Assembly: GCA_000992345.1 (NCBI GenBank)
Contig: LBUA01000001.1
Location: 81,711-145,710, forward strand
Direction: 5' to 3'
Length of the DNA: 64,000 nt
DNA from: Parcubacteria group bacterium GW2011_GWD2_38_12
GTDB lineage: Bacteria > Patescibacteriota > Minisyncoccia > GWC2-36-17
Positions 1 to 10,829 of the stretch are shown here, piece after piece (the stretch's first letter is position 1; the number at the start of each line of letters is the position of its first letter). A program made the position numbers and the translations under genes. The notes beneath the pieces were generated by a model. That model searched no databases, was not told the DNA's origin, and saw only the letters and a program-made list of their open reading frames with translations.

Positions 1-42
1 ATTGTTACTAGCGACTATTCAAAATAGTGAAAAGATGATAAG

Positions 43-501
43 ATGTTAAATATGATAACATTCCAAGGACCCAAATCACACATTCATTCAATTGCTCGCG
101 GTCTTCTTGTACACGGAGAAGAAATTATACTATGCCGAGTAAAGGATGCTAAGTGGTTTTTTCTTCCCGGGGGACACATCGAGGATGGAGAATCAGCAAG
201 AACAGCGCTTTTGAGAGAATTGCACGAAGAAATCGGTAATAGTAATTATAAAATCAATTCTTTTATCGGTGTATGCGAAAACATCTTTTCACTGGAAAAA
301 AATGTTTTACAACACGAAATAAACATTATATTTAAAGTTCATGTCCCTAATGAATTAAAAGTTAATACCAAAGAAGATCATATTGAATTTGTAAGTATTG
401 CTAAAAATAATTTAAAAGATTATAAGATTTTACCTATCGCACTTAAAGATGGCCTTATTGAATGGTTAGAGAATGAAAAGCCATTCTTGAAGGAAATTTA
501 A
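43..501 (+). CDS. Nudix hydrolase
   Basis: Nudix box GGHIEDGESARTALLRELHEEIG (GX5EX7REUXEEXGU). First gene of a tightly packed co-directional six-gene block. Confidence 0.8.
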   Translation: MLNMITFQGPKSHIHSIARGLLVHGEEIILCRVKDAKWFFLPGGHIEDGESARTALLRELHEEIGNSNYKINSFIGVCENIFSLEKNVLQHEINIIFKVHVPNELKVNTKEDHIEFVSIAKNNLKDYKILPIALKDGLIEWLENEKPFLKEI

Positions 502-508
502 ATATGCT

Positions 509-1552
509 ATGTTTATTTGCCTCGAAGGTATTGCCGGTAGTGGAAAGACCACACAAACAAAACTACTTGCTGATTACCTAAAAAATGTAAAGGGAAAAGA
601 TATTTTTATAAGTGCTGTTTATGAAGGAGAACGCCGTAGTGTGGTCTCCGATTTTATGAATGCTTCAGGAATCAAGCTTGATCAGAATGCGGTAATGTTT
701 TTATTTCAAGCATTGCATGCGGCACAGTATCATGAAGTTAAGAACGCACTCAGTATCAATAAAACTGTTATAGCAGATAGATGGCGCTATTCTTTTTTTG
801 CACATCATGTATATCAAGACACTTTTGGTAAAAATGAAAATCTTATGTTCCAACTTGATTTACTTGCATACAGATCGTTAGAACCAGATATTTGTTTCCT
901 TATCGATATTCCAGCAAAGATTGCATATAACCGATACATAGAACGAGAGCGATCTATTAACGATAATGGTCTTGATTTGAGAATGGAAATGCTTAAAAAT
1001 ATCGAAAATCAATTCAAGCAAGATCATCTCAATTTTTACGGCATACAAGCAAGCGCAAAAGATTTGCCGATTACTGATGAATCTGTTGATTTTGTTCATC
1101 AAAGATTTGTATTGATGCATTTGTCGCCAGAAGATCAGAAAAGAGATATTAAAGAGGTTTTAAGGGTGGCTAAAGACAAGGTTTTCTTGTTGGAATACGA
1201 TTGGGAGACATTGAGTAGTAGAGAAAATGAGGACATTTTGAAAGAATTTAGGGATTTATCATTTCAGTTAATGGGAAAATCCAAAATAGATCCTTTTATG
1301 GGAGCTAAATTAGAGATGTTATTAGGGGAGGTTGGGCAAGGCTTAGATACTGATATTAAGAAATTTTCAAGGGAAGAATCGGATTATACCGATGAGTTGA
1401 TTGACCTGTGCGTGATATCCAATAAGATGGCAACAAGCATCTTGAAGGACGAAGATTTAGCCAGTAAATTTAGTGCATTAAGAGATAAATTGAGTAATAG
1501 TCATATTAAATTTACTCCACCGAGTATTGTCGCGGTGACCGTGAGAAAATAA
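509..1552 (+). CDS. Thymidylate kinase-like P-loop kinase with ~130-aa C-terminal extension of unknown function
   Basis: N-terminal LEGIAGSGKTT P-loop and DRWRYSFFAHHVYQ (DRY-like) motifs typical of the Tmk/dNK fold. At 347 aa it is much longer than Tmk (~210 aa). The C-terminal third has no recognisable motif. Confidence 0.55.
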   Translation: MFICLEGIAGSGKTTQTKLLADYLKNVKGKDIFISAVYEGERRSVVSDFMNASGIKLDQNAVMFLFQALHAAQYHEVKNALSINKTVIADRWRYSFFAHHVYQDTFGKNENLMFQLDLLAYRSLEPDICFLIDIPAKIAYNRYIERERSINDNGLDLRMEMLKNIENQFKQDHLNFYGIQASAKDLPITDESVDFVHQRFVLMHLSPEDQKRDIKEVLRVAKDKVFLLEYDWETLSSRENEDILKEFRDLSFQLMGKSKIDPFMGAKLEMLLGEVGQGLDTDIKKFSREESDYTDELIDLCVISNKMATSILKDEDLASKFSALRDKLSNSHIKFTPPSIVAVTVRK

Positions 1553-1586
1553 TTTTAATAATCAGCTATAAAATATAAAATAAGTA

Positions 1587-2663
1587 ATGAAAGGCATAGA
1601 ACAAGTTTATAAACCAATAATAATAAAGGATAAAAACAAATTAAACAGTTTACTGGAAGGCAAGCCGGACTTGGTTTTTGTGGATGCGTTTTCAAAGCAA
1701 TTGAAAGAATTGTTTTTTATTGACAATACTAAGTATATTGGCGAAGATAAAGAGAGTATTTATGGTAGCGATGAATTCAAAAAATATGCGGATAGTAAAG
1801 ATGGGCAATATCAATATTTCTATTATCCGTGGAATGGGCATATTGTTAAATGTATAAATGGAGAAGATTATTTTAGACTTAAAACGAATCGCAATCAGGA
1901 TTTAATTACCGCCAGCGAACAAATTAAATTATATAACTATAAAGTTGCCGTGTTCGGAATGAGTGTTGGTAGTAATATTGCCTTTGTCTTAACACAAGCA
2001 GGAATTTCAAAAAGAATAACGATAGCAGATTTTGACGAATTAGACACAACTAATTTAAATCGAATTTTAGCGGGGGTTCATCAGATCGGAGTTAATAAAA
2101 CAATAGTTGCAGCTAGAAGAATATACGAGGATAATCCGTATGCTGAAGTGAAAATTTTGCCTGACGGGATATCTGAAGATAAGCTTGAAGAGATGCTAAA
2201 AAATAAAGAAATTGACTGTATTGTAGAAGAGATTGATGATATTCGCGTGAAATTACAAACACGCATTCTGGCCATTAAATACAAGATTCCAGTAGTAATG
2301 ATTACTGATAATGGCGATGATGTAGTGCTACATATAGAGCGTTATGATTTGGGACATAATAAAATTTTCGGGAAAGAAGTTGAGTCTTGGCAAGAAAGAA
2401 TAAATAATAAAACGCCATTTACTAAAATGGAGGCAGGACAAATTATAATAGGAGATATTGTTGGCGGTTCAGACAAGGTGGATCCCAAAATGATGGCTTC
2501 GGTAAAAAGAGTATTGAATAAAGAGCTTGTGTCGTGGTCTCAGCTTGGAAGTGCGGCATTGCTGGGAGGTGTGGTTTCTACAGTGGCTATAAAAAGAATT
2601 GTTTTGGGAGAAACGAGAGATTTGGATATTAGGGAATATATTGGTGTTCCGAAATTTAAATAA
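1587..2663 (+). CDS. ThiF/MoeB/MccB-like E1 adenylyltransferase with N-terminal extension
   Basis: RLKTNRN...KVAVFGMSVGSNIA (glycine-rich nucleotide loop) and DFDELDTTNLNRI match the E1/ThiF ATP-binding signature. ~95 aa precede the E1 core. There is no obvious CxxC zinc tetrad. Confidence 0.7.
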   Translation: MKGIEQVYKPIIIKDKNKLNSLLEGKPDLVFVDAFSKQLKELFFIDNTKYIGEDKESIYGSDEFKKYADSKDGQYQYFYYPWNGHIVKCINGEDYFRLKTNRNQDLITASEQIKLYNYKVAVFGMSVGSNIAFVLTQAGISKRITIADFDELDTTNLNRILAGVHQIGVNKTIVAARRIYEDNPYAEVKILPDGISEDKLEEMLKNKEIDCIVEEIDDIRVKLQTRILAIKYKIPVVMITDNGDDVVLHIERYDLGHNKIFGKEVESWQERINNKTPFTKMEAGQIIIGDIVGGSDKVDPKMMASVKRVLNKELVSWSQLGSAALLGGVVSTVAIKRIVLGETRDLDIREYIGVPKFK

Positions 2664-2668
2664 ATTTT

Positions 2669-3724
2669 ATGATTGATTATTTGAATGAAAATAAGGATCT
2701 AATAGAAAAGTTGCCAGAATTTGATAACCATGAAGCAGTCAAGTATTTTGACGATCCCGTGTCTGGATTAAGAGGTTTTATTGCAATACATAGAAAAAAT
2801 CAATCTACGCCTTCTTTTGGGGCAACAAGGCTTTGGTCTTACTCAAATGATATTGACGCCCTCAAAGATGCTCTAGAGTTATCTAAAATGATGTCATATA
2901 AATCGGCTTTAGCCGGATTAAAATATGGTGGAGCAAAAGGAGTGATTATAGCGCCAAGAGGCAATTATGATAAAAACAACATTATGTCGGCGTATGCTGA
3001 TGTCGTAAACGAGATGAATGGGCAATTTATTACTGGCACTGATGTTGGATTGACATTGGCAGATATTAAATCAATTAAAGATAAATGCGATTATTTAGTA
3101 GGATTCAATGGCGACCCTACGGAATTTACGGTATTTGGATTATATTTTTCTATCAAATTATCTGTTAAGCGAATATTAAAAAAAGAATCACTGAGTGGAA
3201 TAAGTATTGCCATACAAGGAGTCGGAAAAATAGGAGGTGAATTGTTGAGGTTGATTTACGAAGATGCTGATAAAATATTTATTTCTGATACGGATAAATC
3301 ATTGACCGATTCAATGAAAAATAAATTTCCAAAAGTTGAAGTGGTAAGTCCCGATGAGATTCATAAGCAGGCTGTTGATATTTTTTCTCCTTGCGCCCTC
3401 GGACACTCATTAAATAATAAATCAGTTTCAGAGCTGAGATGCAAAATAGTAGCAGGAGGAGCGAACAATCAACTTGCTAGTGAAGATATTGGAGAGATAT
3501 TGCATAAAAATGGAATTTTGTATGCTCCTGACTATGTTGTTAATTTAGGAGGGTTGATTAGTGTAGTTGATGAATATGAAAATAGCGAATATGATGAACA
3601 ACGAATTTTAAAGAAGATTGAAAAAATCGGCGAAAATCTCGATAAAATTTTTGAGATAAGCGCAAATAATGATAAACCAACAAATATTGTCGCCAATGAA
3701 ATGGTTAAAAAAATAGTCGGATAA
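2669..3724 (+). CDS. Glu/Leu/Phe/Val-family amino acid dehydrogenase
   Basis: GATRLWSY and KYGGAKGVI catalytic-lysine motifs. Rossmann IQGVGKIGGEL in the C-terminal half. Length (351 aa) fits Leu/Val-type dehydrogenases. Confidence 0.7.
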   Translation: MIDYLNENKDLIEKLPEFDNHEAVKYFDDPVSGLRGFIAIHRKNQSTPSFGATRLWSYSNDIDALKDALELSKMMSYKSALAGLKYGGAKGVIIAPRGNYDKNNIMSAYADVVNEMNGQFITGTDVGLTLADIKSIKDKCDYLVGFNGDPTEFTVFGLYFSIKLSVKRILKKESLSGISIAIQGVGKIGGELLRLIYEDADKIFISDTDKSLTDSMKNKFPKVEVVSPDEIHKQAVDIFSPCALGHSLNNKSVSELRCKIVAGGANNQLASEDIGEILHKNGILYAPDYVVNLGGLISVVDEYENSEYDEQRILKKIEKIGENLDKIFEISANNDKPTNIVANEMVKKIVG

Positions 3725-3729
3725 TAAAT

Positions 3730-5253
3730 ATGGAAAAAATAAATTTTTTTAAATACCCAAAAAGCATAGAAAAAGAGATTTCTTTATTAAAATTTAAGCC
3801 ACCGTCATACTGGGAGAAAATTGGCGAAAAGAATGTGCTAGATATTTTTAAATATTCAGCAAAAACAGTGCCGGCTTATAAGAAATTTCTAAAAAAACAC
3901 AAAATTAACCCAAAAAATATAAAAATAATTGTAGATTTTAAAAAAATACCGCAAATCAGCAAGAAAAATTATATTAGAACCTCTGAGTTTATAGATCTTT
4001 TTCCCGATAGAGATATCTCTCACTTAACCACATTTTCTGCCACATCCGGATCTACCGGCGAGCCAACTTATTTTCCTCGCGGGGAGAATGGAGATAGTCA
4101 ATATGAATATATAGCGGAAATATTTTTGAGAAATCAGTTTGATATTTATAATAAAAAAACCCTCGGCATTGTAGGTTTTGGGTTGGGTATTTGGATTGGT
4201 GGCCTGTTTACTTATAAGAATTTTAATAAAATCGCGTCCAAAGGATGCCCCCTAGCGCTCATTCCCGTCGGACCAAACAAGGATCTCTATTTAAAATCAA
4301 TTTTGAAATTCGGGCACCTGTACGATCAAATTATTTTAATGGGATATGCTCCATTTATAAGAGATGTTATAGACGATGCTCCTACTTACGGTGTGGATTT
4401 TAAAAAATATAACATTAAGATTTTTACAGCTGCCGAAGGATATTCGGAAGAATTCAAAGATTATATTGCGGAAAAAACCGGAGTAAAAAATAAATTTACA
4501 GATATGGTAAATCTTTATGGCACGGTTGAATTGGGGACTATGGCCCACGAGACATCTTTTTCTAATTTAATTCGTGATATTGCTAATAAGAATATAGCCG
4601 TAAAAAAAGAATTATTTAAAGATAGATTGACATTGCCTACTTTAGCGCAATATTATCCGCATCTTACATATTTTGAAGAAATTAATGGTGAGGTTGTTGG
4701 ATCGGGAGCGTTTTCTATGCCTCTTTTAAGATATAGTTTTCCCGATGTAGGAGGGGTGATAAAATTTGACGAAATGATAGCCAAATTAAGATTGGTAGGG
4801 GTTGATGTAATAAAAGAGGCAAAAAAATACGGTATTGATAAAAAGATATTAAAACTTCCATTTGTCTATGTTTATGAGAGGGCGGATTTTACTATTGTGG
4901 TAAGGGGAGTAAATATTCATCCAGCGGAGATAAAGCATTCAATAGAAAATAAAGATTTTCAGGAGTATTTTACCGGGAAGTTTACATTAATTAAAAAATA
5001 TAATAAAAATTTTGATGAATATTTTGAAGTAAATATTGAAATGAAAAAAAATATTAAACCAAGCAAGGGGTTGAATAAAAAAATAAAGCAAGCCGTGGTA
5101 GAATATCTTAATAAGACAAATTCTGAATTTAATGATCAATATAGATCTGCGCCAAACAAAATAACTCCGAAAGTTATTTTTTGGTCATACCAGCATCATA
5201 GATACTTTCAATCAACCGCAAAACATAAATGGGCAGTGCATGATAATAAATAA
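3730..5253 (+). CDS. PaaK/CapK/F390-synthetase-like adenylate-forming enzyme
   Basis: AMP-binding core motif FSATSGSTGEPTYFPRG, with overall length and layout of COG1541 ligases. Confidence 0.65.
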   Translation: MEKINFFKYPKSIEKEISLLKFKPPSYWEKIGEKNVLDIFKYSAKTVPAYKKFLKKHKINPKNIKIIVDFKKIPQISKKNYIRTSEFIDLFPDRDISHLTTFSATSGSTGEPTYFPRGENGDSQYEYIAEIFLRNQFDIYNKKTLGIVGFGLGIWIGGLFTYKNFNKIASKGCPLALIPVGPNKDLYLKSILKFGHLYDQIILMGYAPFIRDVIDDAPTYGVDFKKYNIKIFTAAEGYSEEFKDYIAEKTGVKNKFTDMVNLYGTVELGTMAHETSFSNLIRDIANKNIAVKKELFKDRLTLPTLAQYYPHLTYFEEINGEVVGSGAFSMPLLRYSFPDVGGVIKFDEMIAKLRLVGVDVIKEAKKYGIDKKILKLPFVYVYERADFTIVVRGVNIHPAEIKHSIENKDFQEYFTGKFTLIKKYNKNFDEYFEVNIEMKKNIKPSKGLNKKIKQAVVEYLNKTNSEFNDQYRSAPNKITPKVIFWSYQHHRYFQSTAKHKWAVHDNK

Positions 5254-5256
5254 AAA

Positions 5257-6327
5257 ATGAACAAAGAAATAATCAATAAAATACTTGAAGTTGCAGTCAA
5301 TGCGCCATCTGGAGAAAATTCTCAGCCCTGGAGATTTGAAGTAAATAGCAATAAAATCCATATTTTTAATCTTCCAGAAAGAGATCGGTCGCTTTATAAT
5401 TTCGGACAAAAAGGATCTTTGGTTGCGCATGGAGCTTTGATTGAAAATATATTAATAACCGCTCCCATTTTTGGATATAATGCAGAAATAGATTTATTGC
5501 CGGATAATAAAGATTTTGACTTCATCGCCACCATTAGCCTTGTAGAATTATTGCCAGATCAGCAGAAAAATGAATCCCTTTATTCTTGTATTGTTAAAAG
5601 AGTAACGAATAGGAAGCCCTACAAAAATATACCCCTAAGCGATGAGCAGCTTAAAGATTTAAAAAATGTAGAAAATGAAATAGGGGAAGGTAGGGTTATC
5701 TTTGTTTATGATCCCGAAAAAATGAAAGATATTGCAAATTTATGCAGTGTCAACGAGCGAGTAATGTTTGAAAACAAACTCATTCACAATTTTTTCTTTG
5801 ATCATATTAATTGGACAGAAAAAGAAGAATTGGAAAAAAGATTGGGTTTTTATATAAAGACGCTTGAATTGCCATCCCCAGTCCAATTCGCATTAAAGTT
5901 GTTCAGGTATTGGCCAGCAATGAATCTGTTCAATAAATTGGGATTAAATAAAATTATAGCCAAGGGTAACGCGGTGAATTATGCCAATGCTTCGGCAATG
6001 GTTGCCTTTGCTGTAAAAAATAACACCTCTAGGGATTTTATCATTGCCGGAAGGTTAATGCAGAGGTTGTGGCTCAAGGTCACTAAGATGGGTCTAAGCG
6101 CTCAGCCTATGGCGGGGATGCTTTTTTTCATGCAAGCAATATCCGGTGGAGAAACTAGTAAATTTTCTTCATCACAAATTGAGCTAATAAAAAATGCTCA
6201 CGAAAACGTTAAAAAAACTTTTGACATTAACAATGAGATGCCTGTTATGATTTTCAGAGTCGGCTACGGCGGAGAGCCAAGCGCCAGATCGTCAAAAAAA
6301 CCTCCAGAAATTATCTTCAAGAATTGA
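5257..6327 (+). CDS. Nitroreductase-family flavoprotein (long form)
   Basis: N-terminal AVNAPSGENSQPWRF nitroreductase signature. At 356 aa it is far longer than the ~200-aa nitroreductase core. The C-terminal part (SAMVAFAV...RLMQRLWL...GLSAQPMAG) resembles the second half of the fold, so a large internal insertion is likely. An intrinsic terminator follows at 6383-6410. Confidence 0.65.
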   Translation: MNKEIINKILEVAVNAPSGENSQPWRFEVNSNKIHIFNLPERDRSLYNFGQKGSLVAHGALIENILITAPIFGYNAEIDLLPDNKDFDFIATISLVELLPDQQKNESLYSCIVKRVTNRKPYKNIPLSDEQLKDLKNVENEIGEGRVIFVYDPEKMKDIANLCSVNERVMFENKLIHNFFFDHINWTEKEELEKRLGFYIKTLELPSPVQFALKLFRYWPAMNLFNKLGLNKIIAKGNAVNYANASAMVAFAVKNNTSRDFIIAGRLMQRLWLKVTKMGLSAQPMAGMLFFMQAISGGETSKFSSSQIELIKNAHENVKKTFDINNEMPVMIFRVGYGGEPSARSSKKPPEIIFKN

Positions 6328-6382
6328 GCGCGATTTATTAAACAATGAATTACGGGGGCTATTAAATAACAAAATATAAAAA

Positions 6383-6410
6383 GACGGCTTGAAAACAGCC
6401 GTCTTTTTTT
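6383..6410 (+). terminator. Rho-independent terminator ending the 43-6327 operon
   Basis: GACGGCTTGAAAACAGCCGTC hairpin followed by a T7 run. Confidence 0.7.
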
Positions 6411-6456
6411 GTGCGTCATTTTTTGGTATAGTTTATGTATAATATGAATTAAAATT

Positions 6457-8103
6457 ATGATAATTTCTCCGGAAATCAGCTTTATTTCTGTAATGATAAT
6501 GATTGTTGCGATCGGTATTTTAGGTTTTTTGGTGTTTTTTAGTAATCGCAAAAGTGCAACAAATAAAGCTTTTTTGTTTTTTTCTACAATGACGATTGTT
6601 TGGAGTTTGTTTAATTATTTAAGTTACCAATTTAGTTCATCGAATTTTATTTTATGGACTCTGCGTTTAGTGATGTTTTCTGCGGTATGGCAAGTGTTCA
6701 GTATTTTTACTTTGTTTTATGTTGCACCACAAGAAAAAGTGATATTCCCCAGATTATATAAATTTTGCATTGTTCCCTTGGTAATTATTGTTTCTATTCT
6801 TACTTTAACGCCAGTTATTTTTAGGGGAATAAAAAAACTAGCTCCAGCTGGACAATCTTCAGTGATGGATATTGCTCCAGGAATAATATTTTTTGGTCTA
6901 TTGTCTATTGGGTTAACAGTAGTCGGATTTTTTATTTTAATTAAAAAAATCATCAATAGAAAAGGGGCTGAAAGAACCCAATTGGTATTTTTATTAATAG
7001 GAGCATTAATATTTTTTGTATTTCTCATCTTATTTAATTTTATATTGCCAGCATTTTTTGATAATCCTAGGTTCACTCCTTTAGGTGCAATATTTGCATT
7101 TCCGTTTATCGCCCTCACATCCTACGCGATTCTAAAGCACGGTCTTTTTAATGTAAAAGTCATTGCCACCGAATTACTGTCTTTTGCTATTTGGATCGCA
7201 GTATTGGCACAGTTTTTGATGGCCAATACACTCAATGATAGACTATTAAGCGGGGGCGTATTTGTTTTTGTGGTAATTTTTGGAATATTCCTTATTCGCA
7301 GCGTGAAGAAAGAAGTTTCGCAGCGTGAAGAATTAGAAGAGCTGACTCATGAATTAAAGCATGCCAATGAGGAGCTCAAGCAAATAGATAAAGTAAAATC
7401 GGAATTTATCTCTATTGTGTCTCATCAGCTACGCACTCCTTTATCTATTACCAAAGGATATGTATCAATGATTTTGGAAAATATTTATGGCGAGGTAAGT
7501 GATAAGATAAAAAATGTTTTGCAGAAAGTTTATGTATCAAACGAGGGATTGATTGCGCTTGTGAATAATTTGCTGGATTTATCGCGTATGGAGGCGGGCA
7601 CGATCAAATATGAGTTTACCAACGAATCTTTTGAAAAAATGGTTGATGAGATAGTAATGGAACTTGAGCTTGAGGCAAAACATAGAGACCTTTGGTTGCG
7701 CTGGAATAAACCGAAAAAGCCAATGCCCCTTATTAAAGCAGATGGTATAAAATTGAAACAAGTTATTGAAATTTTAATTGAAAACTCTTTGAAATACACC
7801 CCCAAAGGCGGAGTTGATGTTAGCTTAGGGAAAGATGGTGATGCGTTATTGTTTAAAGTCAAAGACACCGGCATAGGCGTAGATTCTAAAGAACTTGGTC
7901 ACTTATTCAATAAATTTGGCAGGGGATCGGAAGGAAGCAAAGTCAATGTTACCGGAGTTGGTCTTGGTCTTTATGCGGCCAAGCAAATTGTCCTTGCTCA
8001 TGGCGGTCAAATTTGGGTGGAATCCGAAGGTATTAAAAAAGGCAGTACTTTCTGCGTGAAGTTGCCCCTTGATTCTACTCAGGTCAAGCCGACGGTCACA
8101 TGA
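6457..8103 (+). CDS. Membrane-bound sensor histidine kinase
   Basis: About 7-8 N-terminal TM helices, a coiled coil, the H-box SHQLRTPLSITKGY, and HATPase G-boxes DTGIGV / GVGLGLY. Confidence 0.85.
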   Translation: MIISPEISFISVMIMIVAIGILGFLVFFSNRKSATNKAFLFFSTMTIVWSLFNYLSYQFSSSNFILWTLRLVMFSAVWQVFSIFTLFYVAPQEKVIFPRLYKFCIVPLVIIVSILTLTPVIFRGIKKLAPAGQSSVMDIAPGIIFFGLLSIGLTVVGFFILIKKIINRKGAERTQLVFLLIGALIFFVFLILFNFILPAFFDNPRFTPLGAIFAFPFIALTSYAILKHGLFNVKVIATELLSFAIWIAVLAQFLMANTLNDRLLSGGVFVFVVIFGIFLIRSVKKEVSQREELEELTHELKHANEELKQIDKVKSEFISIVSHQLRTPLSITKGYVSMILENIYGEVSDKIKNVLQKVYVSNEGLIALVNNLLDLSRMEAGTIKYEFTNESFEKMVDEIVMELELEAKHRDLWLRWNKPKKPMPLIKADGIKLKQVIEILIENSLKYTPKGGVDVSLGKDGDALLFKVKDTGIGVDSKELGHLFNKFGRGSEGSKVNVTGVGLGLYAAKQIVLAHGGQIWVESEGIKKGSTFCVKLPLDSTQVKPTVT

Positions 8104-8167
8104 TAAATTGCTTCAATTTTATTATTTTGATAGTATAAAACTGGCTATTAGTGCCAGTTTTATTTTT

Positions 8168-9595
8168 ATGCTGAAATTTTATAACACTCTTACCAGGAAA
8201 AAACAGCTATTCAAGCCAATAAAAGATAGAAAAGTTTTGATGTATTCTTGCGGACCGACGGCGTATAACTATGTTCATATAGGTAATTTACGCGCCTATA
8301 TTTTTGTTGATATTTTGAAGCGTTATTTGCAATATTCCGGATACAGCGTGAAGCATGTTATGAATATCACTGACGTGGATGATAAAACCATCAGAGATAG
8401 CAGAAAAGCGGGAAAGTCTCTGAAAGAATTTACAAAATTTTATGAGAAAGAGTTTGTAAGTGATTTAAGATCTATGAATATTGAAATGCCCGATGTGATG
8501 CCAAGGGCTACGGATTATATTTTCGAAATGGTCAAAATAATAAAAAGGTTGGAGACGAAGGGTTTGGCATATAGATCCGACGGATCAATTTATTTTAAAA
8601 TATCTAAATCTAAAAATTACGGGCAACTGGCTGGACTGGAAAAACGGACATTAAGAGAAAATGCCAGCGGAAGATTGAGTATTGATGACGAATATAAAAA
8701 AGAAGATATCAATGATTTTGTTTTGTGGAAAGAGTGGCGTCCCGAAGACGGAGACGTGTATTGGGACACTGAGATTGGTCGTGGTCGTCCAGGTTGGCAT
8801 ATTGAGTGTTCGGCTATGTCGATAAAAAATCTAGGGGAGACATTTGATATTCATTGCGGCGGCGAAGATTTGATTTTCCCCCATCATACCAATGAAATTG
8901 CTCAGTCTGAAGGCGTAACCGGTAAAAAATTCGTGAATTATTGGCTGCATAACGCGCATTTGTTGGTGGATGGTCAAAAAATGTCCAAATCTCTCGGAAA
9001 TTTTTATACATTAAAAGACGTGATTAAAAAGGGGTATAACCCACTGTTTCTGAAGATAATTTTAATCAAGACTCATTATCGGCATATTTTGGATTTTAAT
9101 TTTAATAATTTTATTGAAGTTAAATCAATTGCCGAGAAATTAATAAATTTTCTTTTTAATTTGGATTTAATAGAAAATAACGGTAAAAATAAAGTGGATA
9201 TTGATAAATTAATCGGCAATTGCGAAAAGGAATTCAGGAAAGCGATGGATGACGATTTAAATATCAGCGAAGCGTTGGCAAAGATATTTAATTTTATAAA
9301 TGAGGTGAATAAATCCATTGATTCTATAAATTTTCAGCAGGCCGGTAAAATCAGGAAATTTATTTTAAAGATTGACGGGGTTTTGGGATTTATTGAGAAA
9401 ATTTACGATAATTATTTAATTAAATTGGGAAATAAAATAAAAGATACCGGGGTCGGGGAGTTGTTGAAAAAAAGAGAAGAGGCGAGAGGGAGCGGGGATT
9501 ATCGGGAGTCGGATATTTTGAGGGATAAAATTCAATCGCTAGGATTTTTATTGGAAGACACAAAAAGCGGTTCTGTGTTAAAATTAAAAGAGTGA
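8168..9595 (+). CDS. cysS: Cysteinyl-tRNA synthetase
   Basis: CGPTAYNYVHIGNLR (HIGH) and KMSKSLGN motifs. The track ORF starts at 8069 overlapping the upstream kinase. The ATG at 8168 (MLKFYN...) is the likely start. Confidence 0.85.
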   Translation: MLKFYNTLTRKKQLFKPIKDRKVLMYSCGPTAYNYVHIGNLRAYIFVDILKRYLQYSGYSVKHVMNITDVDDKTIRDSRKAGKSLKEFTKFYEKEFVSDLRSMNIEMPDVMPRATDYIFEMVKIIKRLETKGLAYRSDGSIYFKISKSKNYGQLAGLEKRTLRENASGRLSIDDEYKKEDINDFVLWKEWRPEDGDVYWDTEIGRGRPGWHIECSAMSIKNLGETFDIHCGGEDLIFPHHTNEIAQSEGVTGKKFVNYWLHNAHLLVDGQKMSKSLGNFYTLKDVIKKGYNPLFLKIILIKTHYRHILDFNFNNFIEVKSIAEKLINFLFNLDLIENNGKNKVDIDKLIGNCEKEFRKAMDDDLNISEALAKIFNFINEVNKSIDSINFQQAGKIRKFILKIDGVLGFIEKIYDNYLIKLGNKIKDTGVGELLKKREEARGSGDYRESDILRDKIQSLGFLLEDTKSGSVLKLKE

Positions 9596-9669
9596 TAAGG
9601 GTTTGTGGGTGCGAAAGAACATAGAATTGAAAATTTAGTTTAATAATATTTTCAAAGTAACTCGCATAA

Positions 9670-10698
<1,029 letters not shown>

Positions 10699-10706
10699 AA
10701 AAGTTA

Positions 10707-10742
10707 ACAGAAAATCGCGGGAATGTCGCCGCGATTTTCTGT
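10707..10742 (+). terminator. Intrinsic terminator after trpS
   Basis: ACAGAAAATCGCGG/CCGCGATTTTCTGT 14-bp stem. Confidence 0.6.
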
Positions 10743-10829
10743 TACTGACTTTTAGTATTTATTATGTTAAAATATAAATAAATGCGAGTTTTTTATAGGT
10801 ATTTGGTGGTATATTATTTTAATTCCTAA

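Noticed and set aside
878-1120. Antisense and embedded ORFs of 60-170 aa listed in the six-frame track (e.g. 878-1120-, 2081-2284-, 4336-4548-, 14743-15186+, 31138-31626-, 33653-34012-, 46184-46696-, 58852-59574+)
   Set aside because: Each lies entirely inside a longer, motif-supported gene on the opposite strand. They have low-complexity composition and no RBS. They are treated as spurious.
8069-8167. Upstream extension of cysS overlapping the histidine kinase (track ORF starts at 8069)
   Set aside because: The internal ATG at 8168 gives a normal CysRS N-terminus and avoids a 35-nt overlap with the kinase. The extension is low-complexity.
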